Both the position numbers and the translations under genes were made by a program. From assembly GCA_024278985.1 (NCBI GenBank), contig JAJRSC010000005.1, positions 11,428-75,427 on the forward strand: a stretch of 64,000 bases of DNA, written 5' to 3'. The stretch is from an archaeon. Its GTDB lineage: Archaea > AGJL01 > Methanococci > Methanococcales > Methanocaldococcaceae. The stretch's first letter is position 1. Every line of letters begins with the position of its first letter. This document shows, one piece after another, positions 1 to 11,324 of this stretch. Below the pieces are notes generated by a model. That model was not told the DNA's origin. It ran no database searches and saw only the letters and a program-made list of their open reading frames with translations.

Positions 1-668
1 AGTTTTTCAGTACTTACAACAGCAGCAATTTCATTATCTTTTCTTCTGAAAATTCTTTTTATTGCATATCTTTCATAATCTCCTATTAAAGCTAATAACA
101 TATACATTTCTTCAGGAGTTTCTAAGAAAACCTTTTTATGTCCTATAATATCATGGACCTCAAATTTAAATCCAGATATCATTGATGGGTCAAAAACTAA
201 ACCTGCTGTATTAAACGGGTCTGCAAACATCTTAAACAATGGATAATTAAATGCTGTTGGGTCAGTTTTATCACAACAGAAAATAACAATTGGCTCACTT
301 TTCCTTTCAATAAATTCCATTTCTGCACATCCTGGACCTAAACCTCTAACATTTCCTGAAAAACTATCTGCTAATAAATCCTGTCCAGCACCATAAAGTT
401 TTAATTCTTTGGCTATTTTTGTGGCCTCTTCAAAGGCCTTCCAAGCTAAACCATGAACTTTTTCATTGTCACATCCTAATTTATGAGTCATAATTAAATC
501 AATATCATCTCCACATCTTGTAACATAATAATCAATTAATATCTCATCTACTGCCTCCTCTAAAACTGCTTCACATGCTTCCAATAACTCCTCTGGGGCT
601 AATGTATGCCCACATAATCCTCCAACATCTGCCTTTATAACTGATACAGTTATCTTTTCATTCTCCAT
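1..668 (-). CDS. fbp: Fructose-1,6-bisphosphate aldolase/phosphatase (class V FBPase), N-terminal part; runs off window start
   Basis: Manual translation from ATG at 668: MENEKITVSVIKADVGGLCGH...CGDDIDLIMTH...LYGAGQDLL...GNVRGLGPG...DKTDPTAFN...ADPFNTAGL; not in the ORF track. Confidence 0.93.
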   Translation of the reverse strand, partial: MENEKITVSVIKADVGGLCGHTLAPEELLEACEAVLEEAVDEILIDYYVTRCGDDIDLIMTHKLGCDNEKVHGLAWKAFEEATKIAKELKLYGAGQDLLADSFSGNVRGLGPGCAEMEFIERKSEPIVIFCCDKTDPTAFNYPLFKMFADPFNTAGLVFDPSMISGFKFEVHDIIGHKKVFLETPEEMYMLLALIGDYERYAIKRIFRRKDNEIAAVVSTEK

Positions 669-779
669 TTCAACCCCTCACAATATTCTTTATTATATAT
701 TCTATTCAAATACTTTCATTATAAAACTTTATTTATTATTTCTTATTTATTATTTATTGTACTCTTAAATATTAGTTAG

Positions 780-1403
780 TTGATAATTATGTTCCTCTTT
801 GTAAATTCTGATGAGCAATATATATTAAATAAATTTAAGGAACTGATAGATTTGGGAGTAGTGGAGCTCAATTTATTAAAAGAGTTTATGAAAAATAGAA
901 AAAATACTAAAATAGTTAATAACATTATAATATTAGAAGAAAAAGGTGATTTAATAACTAAAGATATAAAGATACGCTTAGAAAAAGCATTTCTTCCAAA
1001 TATTAGAGGAAATTTATCTAAAGCTGTTGAACTTTTAGATGAGACCTTGGATAATATAAAACATGCCTCACTACTATTAGAGTTAGCTAATAAATTATAT
1101 TTTGAGGAAAGAATTAATGAGATTCTTAATATAACTGAAGAGATGTATTATTATTTAAAACAAATTATTGATATATTTGTTGAAGGTGGAGATATAAATA
1201 ATCCTATAAGAGAAATTAAAAAAAGAGAAAAAGATATTGATATAATTTATTTCAATAAAATATATAAAAATATTATAAACATTGAAGTTAAAACTTTTTG
1301 GGAAGGTAAAATAATAAGTGATTTTATTGGAAATATTGTAAAAATAAGTGATTTAATTGAAGATATTGCTGATGAATTACAAATAATATATTTAAATGTG
1401 TGA
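780..1403 (+). CDS. DUF47/PhoU-like phosphate transport regulator
   Basis: Helical protein with EEKGD...EKDID...DLIEDIAD pattern, overlapping the PiT transporter gene; start may be the ATG a few codons in. Confidence 0.75.
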   Translation: MIIMFLFVNSDEQYILNKFKELIDLGVVELNLLKEFMKNRKNTKIVNNIIILEEKGDLITKDIKIRLEKAFLPNIRGNLSKAVELLDETLDNIKHASLLLELANKLYFEERINEILNITEEMYYYLKQIIDIFVEGGDINNPIREIKKREKDIDIIYFNKIYKNIINIEVKTFWEGKIISDFIGNIVKISDLIEDIADELQIIYLNV

Positions 1404-2277
1404 TAACATAGAGATTCTTTTAGCATATATTCTTCTTTTTATATTAGGAATTAACAACTCTGCCAATGACATTGGATTAGCATATGGATGTAAATTTAGC
1501 TATAAAAGGTTAGTATTATTATTCTCATTTTTTGTTATTTTAGGAACATTTTTTGCTTATAAAGTAGGAAAAACTGTAAATTCTATTTCCACATATCCAT
1601 TTTTATCTTTAACCATAACAACTCTTATATTAGTTGTTTCTAATTATTTAAGAGTTCCAATATCTATTCATACATTAATAATATCATCACTTGCTGGGTT
1701 AGGATTTGAAAAAGTTAATTATAGTATAATTTTTAATATTATACTAAGTTGGATATTATCTCCTTTATTAGCTTTAATAATGGCCTATATATTATATATT
1801 ATATATGAAAATCTTTCTCTACCCTTACTAAAAAAGATAAATTTTATTAAAATTATGCTACTCCTATCTTCAGGATTAATAGCCTTTAATCTTGGAAGTA
1901 ACGACCTACCTACAATTTTAGGATTATATACTACTTCTCTAACATTGTATTTAATAGGTGGATTGTGTATTAGTCTTGGAGCATTATTTGGAAAAAATAT
2001 ATCAGAAACATTAACTAAGATAACAAATTTATCAACTTCGACAGCATTTATTGCACAATTTTCAGGAGGTGTTTCGGTTTTATTATTCACTTATTTAGGA
2101 CTACCTGTTTCAACAACTTATGCAATTGTTGGAGGAATTGTTGGAGTTGGATTAACTAAAGGTATTAAGACAATAAAGTTTAAGATTTTAAAAAAAGTTA
2201 TTTTATGGTGGATATTTGCCCCAATTTTTGCATTCTTATTAGGAGTAATTTTTTCATTGATAATAAAGAATTATTAG
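1396..2277 (+). CDS. Inorganic phosphate transporter, PiT family
   Basis: Hydrophobic, with two PiT signatures (GINNSAND...PISIH; GSNDLP...GLPVSTT..VGGIVGVG). Confidence 0.85.
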   Translation: MCDNIEILLAYILLFILGINNSANDIGLAYGCKFSYKRLVLLFSFFVILGTFFAYKVGKTVNSISTYPFLSLTITTLILVVSNYLRVPISIHTLIISSLAGLGFEKVNYSIIFNIILSWILSPLLALIMAYILYIIYENLSLPLLKKINFIKIMLLLSSGLIAFNLGSNDLPTILGLYTTSLTLYLIGGLCISLGALFGKNISETLTKITNLSTSTAFIAQFSGGVSVLLFTYLGLPVSTTYAIVGGIVGVGLTKGIKTIKFKILKKVILWWIFAPIFAFLLGVIFSLIIKNY

Positions 2278-2393
2278 ATTTAATAATTGGGGTGGTTATT
2301 AAATTCATAAAAATAAAATTTAGAAATATTTTTAAAGAATTTATTTTTAATATTTTTCTAATTCTTTTATTTAAAACATAATAGGGAAAGAGT

Positions 2394-3365
2394 ATGCTAA
2401 AACATATAGTCAATTAGATAAAAAACTTTGAAGGAGTTATACGAAAAAGGGCTATAAAAGATATTATAAAAAATTTGGAAATTTTATATGATGATTATGA
2501 ATTTGATATTATTGTTGATTATGGAGATGATGCAGCAGCTATTGGTATAGATAATGAAACTGCTATATTATTAGCAGCAGATGGTATTTGGGGTAAATTA
2601 TTAGAAAAAGATCCTTGGTGGGCAGGATATTGCTCTGTTTTAGTTAATTGTATGGATATTGCGGCAATGGGGGGGAAACCAATAGGAATGACAAATATCT
2701 TAACTATAAAAGATAAAAATGTCTGTATGGAAGTTTTAAGAGGAGTAAAAGATGGTATAAAAAAGTTTAGTATTCCTATGGTAGGAGGACATACACACCC
2801 TGACGGAGCATGTAATGTTTTAGATGTTGCAATAACAGGAATAGCTAAAAGAGATAAACTACTAAGAAGTGACACTGCAAGGGTAGGGGATAAGATTGTG
2901 TTTGCCTATGATTTAGATGGTAGAATTTATAAATCATTTCCATTAAATTGGGACACTACTACAATGAAACCAAGGAAGTTAATTAAAGCACAGTTGGAGG
3001 CCATGGTCTATATTGCTGAAAATAGATTAGCAAACTCCTGTAAGGATATAAGTAATCCAGGAGCTATTGGAACCTTAGGAATGCTATTAGAGGCATCAAA
3101 TAAGGGGGGAATAGTAAATATTTACAAGATTCCTAAGCCAGAAGATATAGATTTAGTACATTGGTTAAAGGTATATCCAGGTAGTGGTTTTGTTTTAACA
3201 ACAACTGAGGAAAATTTTAAAGAGTTAAAAAAGGTTTTTGAAGATGTTAATATAACAGCTGAAATTTGTGGAGAAGTAAAAAAAGAAAGAAAATTATATA
3301 TTACTGATGGAAATGAAAAAGAGTTAGTGTTTGATTTTGAGAAAGAATATATATGTGGTTGTTAA
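2394..3365 (+). CDS. Methanogenesis marker protein 2 (AIR synthase/SelD/ThiL-like), in-frame TAG at codon 8 (2415-2417)
   Basis: GDDAAA, PWWAGYCSVLVN..DIAAMGG, GGHTHP, KDISNPG motifs; upstream in-frame ATG 2394 gives MLKHIVN*IKNFEGVIRKRAIK. Confidence 0.8.
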
Positions 3366-4090
3366 TCTAAAAAGTTAAATCTTCTTTTAATTCCATTATA
3401 CAAATCAATTATATTACCATTTAAAAATGCACTCATTGTATATACAACTCCAGGTGGAAGAATCTCAATTTTATCTCCATTTTTTATAAAATAAAGATTA
3501 TCAAAACTTAACAGGGCTCCAAATATTACACAAGAAAGTTTTTTTATATCTTCTAACTCTTTAACTGGAATAACAACAACAGGGTCATCAGTTTCATCTC
3601 CAACATAACCAAGTCCTTCAATTTCTTTTTTATTAACTGAAGAAGTAGCATTATATCCAAGTTTTTTAGATATAGTTTCAACATATAGGGCCATGTCATT
3701 AACTAAACTTTCCCCTCCATATGTATCAAAAGCAACAATAATAGCATCCCCATATTTAGATATTGCCTTAGTATAGGTATAAGAAATTCCTTCTTTAGCA
3801 TCATCCTTATTTTTTGAGACTCCCTTTAAGTCATCAAAATTTTTAGCATATTTATATAAAATATCATAAACCAATTTATTATGCTTTTCTAAAAGAGTTT
3901 CATGGATTAAGGAAGTGATGACAATATCATCTCCTGTAATATTAGAGACTCTACTTAAAATATTATATTTTTTAAGCTCTTTTAATGAGTTATCTATTTT
4001 TTTTACTATTTCTTTATCTGCTTCAACATCATTATCAAATATATCCACTCCCATACTGACAATATACATAATTTTCACAAAATTATTCAT
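3362..4090 (-). CDS. Conserved hypothetical protein
   Basis: 242-aa ORF with typical codon usage; motifs SNITGDD, AFDTYGGE, GYVGDETDDP; no family recognised. Confidence 0.7.
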   Translation of the reverse strand: MNNFVKIMYIVSMGVDIFDNDVEADKEIVKKIDNSLKELKKYNILSRVSNITGDDIVITSLIHETLLEKHNKLVYDILYKYAKNFDDLKGVSKNKDDAKEGISYTYTKAISKYGDAIIVAFDTYGGESLVNDMALYVETISKKLGYNATSSVNKKEIEGLGYVGDETDDPVVVIPVKELEDIKKLSCVIFGALLSFDNLYFIKNGDKIEILPPGVVYTMSAFLNGNIIDLYNGIKRRFNFLD

Positions 4091-4153
4091 TATATTAACT
4101 TACTATAATAACCTAATTTATATAAAAGAGTTATTATTAAAAAAAATAAAATT

Positions 4154-5452
4154 TTATAAAAGATGTGGAGGTACTAAATCTTTAGATATTAAATCTGCAT
4201 AAGTTTCTTTTTCTCTTATTATAAAGGTTCCTTTTTTAGAGGTTAAAATCATTCTTGGCCTTCCTCTTGCATTGTAGTTGTTTGCCATACTTATACCATA
4301 AGCCCCAACATCAAAGATAACTAAAATGTCTCCAACTTCTACCTCATCAAGCTCTCTATCCCTTCCAAAAATATCACTACTTTCACATAATCCTCCTGCT
4401 ATACTAACAACCTCTTTTTTATCTTTAACTTTAGCATTTATTATATGATGACATGCATCATACATAGCAGGTCTAAGCATATCATTCATCCCAGCATCAA
4501 CCATAACCCACTTACATGATGTTTCTTTAATATGATGAACCTTAGTTATTAAATATCCAGCTGTTCCTACAATGCTCCTACCTGGCTCTAATATAAGGTT
4601 AGGAATCTCTACCTTATCTTCAAATTCATATATTGTATTAATTATGGCATTTGCATAGTCATCAACAGTTGGAATTTTTTTATCCTTTTCATATGGTATT
4701 CCTAAACCACCACCTAAGTTTAAATCTCTAACTTCAATATTTTCCTCTTTTAATTTTACTATAAATTCCATCATTTTTTTAGTTTCTTCAATAAATGGAG
4801 ATATATCAGTTATCTGAGAACCAATATGGCAATGTAATCCTACAAAATTAACATTTTCTAAGTCATTGGCAAGTTTTATAGCTTTGATTGCCAAATCTGT
4901 TGGTAGTCCAAATTTACTCTTTTTTAAGCCAGTTGATATTTTAGGGTGAGTTTTTGGGTCAATATCTGGATTTACTCTAAAAGCCACATTGGCAACTTTT
5001 CCTAATTTTTTAGCAATATCATTAATCATTAACAACTCAGAAATAGAATCTACATTAAAAGCTCTAATTTCACTCTCAACACCCATTATAATCTCTTCCA
5101 ATGTTTTACAGTTACCATTAAATACAATCTTATCCCTATCAACATTTGATAACTTAGCAATATACAACTCTCCACCACTAACTACATCAGCTCCTGCTCC
5201 AAGTTTAGATAATAATTTTGTTATAGCTAAGTTAGAATTTGCCTTATAGGCATAGGCTAAAATGAACTCTTTTTTATAATTTTTAAAAGCATTAAAATAT
5301 TTTTCACAGTTTATTTTAATTTGTTCCTCTGAAATAATATAAAGAGGTGTTCCATACTTCTCTGCAAGGTCTATAACATCATAACCATCTATTTTAACTC
5401 TACCATTATCAACTGTTAAAGTATCATTTCCTAAAAACATTTTTTTCACCAC
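4154..5452 (-). CDS. lysA: Diaminopimelate decarboxylase
   Basis: YAYKANS (PLP Lys), DVVSGGEL, HCHIGSQ, LEPGRS, LCESSD, GAYG; real start is probably the ATG at 5440. Confidence 0.95.
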   Translation of the reverse strand: MVKKMFLGNDTLTVDNGRVKIDGYDVIDLAEKYGTPLYIISEEQIKINCEKYFNAFKNYKKEFILAYAYKANSNLAITKLLSKLGAGADVVSGGELYIAKLSNVDRDKIVFNGNCKTLEEIIMGVESEIRAFNVDSISELLMINDIAKKLGKVANVAFRVNPDIDPKTHPKISTGLKKSKFGLPTDLAIKAIKLANDLENVNFVGLHCHIGSQITDISPFIEETKKMMEFIVKLKEENIEVRDLNLGGGLGIPYEKDKKIPTVDDYANAIINTIYEFEDKVEIPNLILEPGRSIVGTAGYLITKVHHIKETSCKWVMVDAGMNDMLRPAMYDACHHIINAKVKDKKEVVSIAGGLCESSDIFGRDRELDEVEVGDILVIFDVGAYGISMANNYNARGRPRMILTSKKGTFIIREKETYADLISKDLVPPHLL

Positions 5453-5569
5453 TTTAAAATTTTAGAAGTATTAAAATGAAATAAGTGAGATATTTTTATA
5501 TATCTTTTCTATTTTTTAAGTATTTAACCTAACTACATTAAAATTATATTATATAACCAAGGTGAGAAT

Positions 5570-6844
5570 ATGGGAATGACTATTGTTGAGAAAATATTAG
5601 CTAAAGCATCTGGAAAAAAAGAGGTTTCTCCTGGAGATATAGTTATGGCTAAAATAGATAGAGCTATGGTTCATGATATCACTGGACCATTAACTGTTAA
5701 AGTTTTAGAGGAGTATGGAATTAATAAAGTTTGGGATAATGAGAAAATAGTTATTTTATTTGACCATCAAGTTCCTGCTGATAGTATAACAGCAGCTAAT
5801 AATCATATATTAATGAGAAATTTCGTTAAGAAGCATAATATAAAATATTTCTATGATATTAGAGAGGGTGTATGTCATCAAGTTCTTCCAGAAAAGGGAC
5901 ATATTGCCCCAGGTGAGGTTATTGTTGGAGCTGATTCACACACATGCACACATGGAGCTTTAGGTGCATTTTCTACAGGAATTGGTTCAACTGATATGGC
6001 ATATGTATTTACTACTGGAGAACTTTGGTTTAAAGTTCCAGAAACTTTATATTTCAATATTACAGGAGAGCTTAAACCATATGTTACATCAAAAGATGTT
6101 ATTTTATCAATAATTGGAGAAGTTGGTGTAGATGGGGCTACATATAAAGCTTGTCAATTTGGTGGAGAAACAGTAAAAAATATGAGCATTTCCTCAAGAA
6201 TGACAATGACAAATATGGCAATAGAAATGGGAGGTAAGACAGGAATTATTGAACCTGATGAAAAAACAATACAGTATGTAAAAGATGCTATGAAAAAGCA
6301 TAACACTGAGAGAAAATTTGAAGTTATAAAAGGAGATGAAGATGCAGAATTTGAAGAAGTTTATGAAATAGAAGCAGATAAGATAGAGCCAGTTTTTGCA
6401 TGTCCTCACAATGTAGATAATGTTAAGCAATGTAGGGAAGTTGCAGGAAAACCAATAGACCAGGTATTTATAGGAAGTTGTACAAATGGAAGATTTGAGG
6501 ACTTAAAAATGGCTATTGAAGTTATAGAAAAAGCTGGTGGAATAGCAGATAATGTTAGAGTTATAGTAACTCCTGCTTCAAGAGAAGAATATCTAAAAGC
6601 ATTAAAAGCTGGAATTATTGAGAAATTTTTAAAATATGGATGTGTTGTAACAAATCCATCATGTTCTGCCTGTATGGGGTCTTTATATGGAGTATTAGGA
6701 GATGGAGAAGTTTGTGTTTCTACATCTAACAGAAACTTTAAAGGAAGACAAGGTTCTTTAAATGCAGAGATTTATTTAGCATCTCCTATAACTGCAGCAG
6801 CATGTGCTGTTAAAGGAGAACTTACAGACCCAAGAGATTTATAA
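5570..6844 (+). CDS. leuC: Isopropylmalate/citramalate isomerase large subunit
   Basis: Aconitase family: [39 protein letters not shown]; GGTGA RBS. Confidence 0.9.
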   Translation: MGMTIVEKILAKASGKKEVSPGDIVMAKIDRAMVHDITGPLTVKVLEEYGINKVWDNEKIVILFDHQVPADSITAANNHILMRNFVKKHNIKYFYDIREGVCHQVLPEKGHIAPGEVIVGADSHTCTHGALGAFSTGIGSTDMAYVFTTGELWFKVPETLYFNITGELKPYVTSKDVILSIIGEVGVDGATYKACQFGGETVKNMSISSRMTMTNMAIEMGGKTGIIEPDEKTIQYVKDAMKKHNTERKFEVIKGDEDAEFEEVYEIEADKIEPVFACPHNVDNVKQCREVAGKPIDQVFIGSCTNGRFEDLKMAIEVIEKAGGIADNVRVIVTPASREEYLKALKAGIIEKFLKYGCVVTNPSCSACMGSLYGVLGDGEVCVSTSNRNFKGRQGSLNAEIYLASPITAAACAVKGELTDPRDL

Positions 6845-6901
6845 ACCCCTTTTTATAATATTAATAAAAAATAAAATATTAAAAATCTTCAAGGTGAGAG
6901 T

Positions 6902-7891
6902 TTGAAAATCTTTTATGACAACGATGTAACTTATGATGCTGTTAAAGATAAGGTTATAGCAGTTATTGGATATGGTAGTCAAGGAAGAGCTCAGTCATTA
7001 AATATGAAAGACAGTGGGCTTAATGTTATTGTTGGATTAAGACCAGAAGGAGCATCATGGAAAAAAGCATTAAATGATGGACACAAAGTTTTAACTATTG
7101 AAGAGGCAGCAAAAGAGGCAGATATTATACACCTCTTAATCCCTGATGAGGTCCAGCCAACTGTTTATAAAAAAAAGATAGAGCCATATTTAACTGAAGG
7201 TAAAACTTTAAGCTTTTCCCATGGTTATAATATTCACTATGGTTTAATTGTTCCTCCTGAAAATGTAAATGTTACAATGGTTGCTCCAAAATCTCCTGGA
7301 GCTATGGTTAGAAAGACATATTTAGATGGTTTTGGAGTACCTGGATTAGTAGCAGTTGAACAAGATTATACTGGAAATGCTTTAGATATAGCATTAGGAA
7401 TGGCAAAAGGAATAGGTTTAACAAGAGTAGGAGTTATAAAAACCATATTTAAAGAAGAAACAGAGACAGATTTATTTGGAGAGCAAGTAGTATTATGTGG
7501 AGGAGTAACAGAACTTATTAAGGCTGCATTTGAGACATTAGTTGAAGCAGGATATAGCCCAGAGATGGCATATTTCGAGACATGTCATGAGTTAAAGTTA
7601 ATTGTTGATTTAATTTATCAAAAAGGATTACAAGGGATGTGGGAAAACGTATCTAATACTGCCGAATATGGTGGCTTAACAAGAAGACAGAGAGTTATAA
7701 ATGAAGAGTCAAGAAAAGCAATGAAAGAGATATTAAAAGAAATCCAAGATGGAAGATTTGCAACAGAATGGAGATTAGAAAATATTGCTGGAAAACCACA
7801 TTTAAATGCTTTGAGAAGATTAGAAAAAGAACATTTAATTGAAAAAGTTGGTAAAAAATTAAGAAAGATGTGTGGATTAGAAAAAATGTAA
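6902..7891 (+). CDS. ilvC: Ketol-acid reductoisomerase
   Basis: [37 protein letters not shown]. Confidence 0.96.
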   Translation: MKIFYDNDVTYDAVKDKVIAVIGYGSQGRAQSLNMKDSGLNVIVGLRPEGASWKKALNDGHKVLTIEEAAKEADIIHLLIPDEVQPTVYKKKIEPYLTEGKTLSFSHGYNIHYGLIVPPENVNVTMVAPKSPGAMVRKTYLDGFGVPGLVAVEQDYTGNALDIALGMAKGIGLTRVGVIKTIFKEETETDLFGEQVVLCGGVTELIKAAFETLVEAGYSPEMAYFETCHELKLIVDLIYQKGLQGMWENVSNTAEYGGLTRRQRVINEESRKAMKEILKEIQDGRFATEWRLENIAGKPHLNALRRLEKEHLIEKVGKKLRKMCGLEKM

Positions 7892-7998
7892 AAAATAAGT
7901 AAAAAATAATTTTATAATCCCTAAATATTAATATTTTTTAAAAAATAAATTAAAAAAATAAAAACAAAAAGAGTAATTAAAAAATCAATTTATTTACT

Positions 7999-8118
7999 TT
8001 ATGATAGTATAACTGATACAATTGTTAAGATAATCATAAATGCCAATATATACCCAAGTATTTTAGCTATTGTACTTCTATATGCTCTTAAAATATCTTT
8101 CTTTATATTGGCCTTCAT
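7999..8118 (-). CDS. Small 39-aa protein with a single C-terminal hydrophobic helix
   Basis: ATG 8118 preceded by GTGAT SD-like site; MKANIKKDILRAYRSTIAKILGYILAFMIILTIVSVILS*; below ORF-track cutoff. Confidence 0.55.
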   Translation of the reverse strand: MKANIKKDILRAYRSTIAKILGYILAFMIILTIVSVILS

Positions 8119-8217
8119 AAAGTATCACTACTAATTTTTTTATTGATTATTATTTTAAAAAACTAATATTTATAGATATTTGTTCATGAAAAATCATGAT
8201 GATAAATAATGACAAAT

Positions 8218-8901
8218 TTACTTAAAAGCACTCATTAATGTCCAGGCTTCTTTTCCAGTTATAAAAGCCCTATTTACTAATCTTTTAAAAATAATCTTAC
8301 ATAATCTTTTTTTATGTTCTGGAAGATTTTTTTTATCTATAAATTCATTAAATTTTTTTATTAGTAGTTCTTTATCTTCTTTTGATGCTTCCCTTATATT
8401 TATATCTTCAAATTTGTTATTTATTTTTTTACAATACAATTCATAAAGCACAACAGCAACAGCATGGGATAAGTTCATTATTGGATATTTTTTAGATGTT
8501 GGAATAGATAAAAGAAGGTCACATTTTTCAACTTCCTCATTTCTTAAACCATCATCTTCTCTTCCAAAAACTATCCCTATATTTCCATTAATAGAGTATA
8601 TTTTATCTGCTAACTCTTTTGGTGTTATTGGAACTCTTTTTAAATTTCTATCTCCACCTCTTGCTCCTGAAGTAGCAATAATAAAATCTAAATCTTCAAT
8701 TGCTTCATCAAAATTGTTATAAAATTTTGCAGATTCTAATATATCTCTTGCATGCATTGCCATCATTTTTGCTTCATCATTTATTATTTCTCTACTCCCT
8801 ACAATTCTTAAATCATAAAAATCAAAATTTTTCATAACCCTACATATACTCCCTACATTCCCAGAGTATTTTGGTTCAACTAAAATAATAGATATGTTCA
8901 T
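8218..8901 (-). CDS. trmJ: TrmJ/TrmH-family tRNA 2'-O-methyltransferase (SPOUT)
   Basis: LVEPKYSGNVGSICR, VFGREDDGL, YPIMNLSHAV. Confidence 0.88.
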   Translation of the reverse strand: MNISIILVEPKYSGNVGSICRVMKNFDFYDLRIVGSREIINDEAKMMAMHARDILESAKFYNNFDEAIEDLDFIIATSGARGGDRNLKRVPITPKELADKIYSINGNIGIVFGREDDGLRNEEVEKCDLLLSIPTSKKYPIMNLSHAVAVVLYELYCKKINNKFEDINIREASKEDKELLIKKFNEFIDKKNLPEHKKRLCKIIFKRLVNRAFITGKEAWTLMSAFK

Positions 8902-9476
8902 CTTATCATCCCATAAATTACATATGCAACTCCAACAATAAATGCCAAATGAGGAATATTAAAAATAGCTAAAACTATTGCCAATAAAAAAATTACAATA
9001 CCTAATTTATTTTTAAATTTAGGATATCTTATATCACTAATCATAAGGAATCCTAATATAAAGGCAAATATTATAGATAACTTTCCAAAGAGTTGTATAG
9101 AAGAAACTAAAATTAAGGCACCTGCTGGAATAGGTAGACCAATAAATTCATTTGATTTAATTATATTAAATCTTGCCAATCTTAAAATACCACATAGTAA
9201 GAAAAAGAGACCTGCAAATATTGAGATTAAAGAAGAGTTATATAAAAAATATGCAGGAACTAAACCAAAACTTATAGCATCTGCCAAACTATCTAAATTA
9301 GCTCCAAACTCACTAACAGTATTTGTTTTCCTGGCAACATACCCATCTAAAGAATCAAAAATAATTGATAAATAAATAAGATTGGGAATATATAAAATAA
9401 GTCCTAAAAAACTAAAAATAACACTTAATAAAGTAATATAGTCAGATATTGTTATTAATTTTCTGATACTTAGCAT
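8898..9476 (-). CDS. pssA: CDP-alcohol phosphatidyltransferase (archaetidylserine synthase-like)
   Basis: DSLDGYVAR...FGANLDSLADAISFG, LRLARFN, FIGLPIP. Confidence 0.85.
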   Translation of the reverse strand: MLSIRKLITISDYITLLSVIFSFLGLILYIPNLIYLSIIFDSLDGYVARKTNTVSEFGANLDSLADAISFGLVPAYFLYNSSLISIFAGLFFLLCGILRLARFNIIKSNEFIGLPIPAGALILVSSIQLFGKLSIIFAFILGFLMISDIRYPKFKNKLGIVIFLLAIVLAIFNIPHLAFIVGVAYVIYGMIR

Positions 9477-9503
9477 AAAATTCCCTACATAATTTAAAGA
9501 TTA

Positions 9504-10022
9504 TTATTTTTTATTTTTTAGAACTTCTAAGATTTTCTCTAATATTATTTTATAAACTTCATCTCTATTACTTAATGTTAAATAATAAACTTTACCATAA
9601 TCTTTAAACTCAGAGACATAGTTTCTATGTAGGGTGTAGATTTGTGGTTTATCAAGTTTTAATAAATCATATATTTTTTCTCTAAATTTTTCACTTTTAA
9701 ATTCCATTTCTCCAAGTTCATCAACTATTATTACATCCTTATCTTTAGCTCTTTCTAAGCAATTTAGTCCAAAAGTTTCAAGATTTTCAATAAACACCTT
9801 ATATTTACCAACTTTTATCTTTCCTTCTCCAACATATGCTAATAATTTCTCTTCTCCAGTCTCCAAATCAACCATTTTAAATCCAACTCTTTTATTATCT
9901 TTTCTAATTTCTTTTGTTATAAATCCTCCCACACTATAGCCCATTTCTTTAAGTTTATTTGCCAATTTTTCAACTAATGTTGTTTTTCCAATTCCTGGGT
10001 CACTGGATATAAAGATTTTCAT
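9504..10022 (-). CDS. Nucleoside triphosphatase, THEP1/NTPase_1 family
   Basis: P-loop PGIGKTT, GGFITKEIR..KRVGF, IVDELGEME. Confidence 0.88.
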   Translation of the reverse strand: MKIFISSDPGIGKTTLVEKLANKLKEMGYSVGGFITKEIRKDNKRVGFKMVDLETGEEKLLAYVGEGKIKVGKYKVFIENLETFGLNCLERAKDKDVIIVDELGEMEFKSEKFREKIYDLLKLDKPQIYTLHRNYVSEFKDYGKVYYLTLSNRDEVYKIILEKILEVLKNKK

Positions 10023-11314
10023 TTTATCAACTCTTCAAATTTAATCATTGCATTAATAACTTTATAATCCTCAAATGGTTTAGCCATTATTTGTAAGCCT
10101 ACTGGAATTCCATTTATTTCTCCAGCTTTAACTGTCCCTGCAGGAAGACCACATAAATTGGCAATAACAGTTAAAACATCATAACTATACATTTCTATAG
10201 GAGTTAATTTTTCTCCAAGTTTATGAGGTAGTTTTGGAACAGTTGGAGCTAAAATAACATCAATATCCTTTAATATTCTACTCATTTCTTTTCTCATTAA
10301 ATTCCTTGCTTTTAATGCCTTTTTATAATATTTTCCACTATACTCTTTTTGACTAATTAAGGAACCTATAGTTATTCTTCTTAAAACCTCTTCTCCACAT
10401 ACCTCTTCTATCCTATATCCATACCTTCTACCATCATATCTTCTTGTTGCTGAGAAAAATTCAACATAGTTAATTAAGTAGTATGTTGGTAGTGCTAAAT
10501 CTACATAAGGATAGTTAAGATATTCTATTTCACAGCCAATATCTTTAAAAATTTCAATACTTTTTTCTATTATTTCTCTTATTTTTTTATCTGCTACATT
10601 TAAAAACTCTTCAACAACTCCAATTTTAAATTTCATATCTTTCTTTTCTATATCAGGAATATTAACTGTTGTTGTATCTTTTTAATCTTCTCCTTTAATA
10701 ATATTCATAATATTTAAGATATCTTCTGAGTTTTTTGTTAAAGGTCCAATTTGGTCCAAACTCATAGCTAAATCTGCTAATCCATATCTACTAACTACTC
10801 CATAACTTGGTTTAAATCCAACAACTCCACAATGAGATGCTGGATTTCTTATACTCCCTCCAGTATCTGAACCTAATGAAAAGTCACATAAATCTGCTGC
10901 AACTGCTGCAGCACTACCACTTGAAGAACCTCCTGGGATTCTATCCTTAGCAACCGGATTTTTTGTTGGACCAAAATAAGAAGTCTCCCCACTACTTCCA
11001 CAAGCAAATTCATCCATATTTGTTATTCCAATTATCAAAGCTCCAGCTTCTTTTAGTTTTTCAACAACTGTCGCATTGTAAGGAGCAATATAATTTTCTA
11101 AAGTTTTAGAAGCACAAGATATTACAAAACCTTCAACATTGATATTTGCTTTTATAGCTACTATCTTCCCATATAATGGTTTTTTCTTTGCTTTTTCATC
11201 TTTTTCTAACTTTTTAGCTTCATTTATAATATTTTTATTAATTTCTAAAAAAGCATTCAAATCTTTATTTTTTTCAATTTTGTCTAAATATTCCTCAACT
11301 TTTTCAACTATCAT
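10019..11314 (-). CDS. gatA: Glu-tRNA(Gln)/Asp-tRNA(Asn) amidotransferase subunit A; in-frame TAA at 10682-10684 splits it into two track ORFs
   Basis: Amidase signature GGSSSGSAAAV..GSDTGGSIRNPA; reading through the stop gives IKGED*KDTTTVNIPDIEKKDMKFKIG in the same frame. Confidence 0.92.
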
Positions 11315-11324
11315 AATATCTCCC

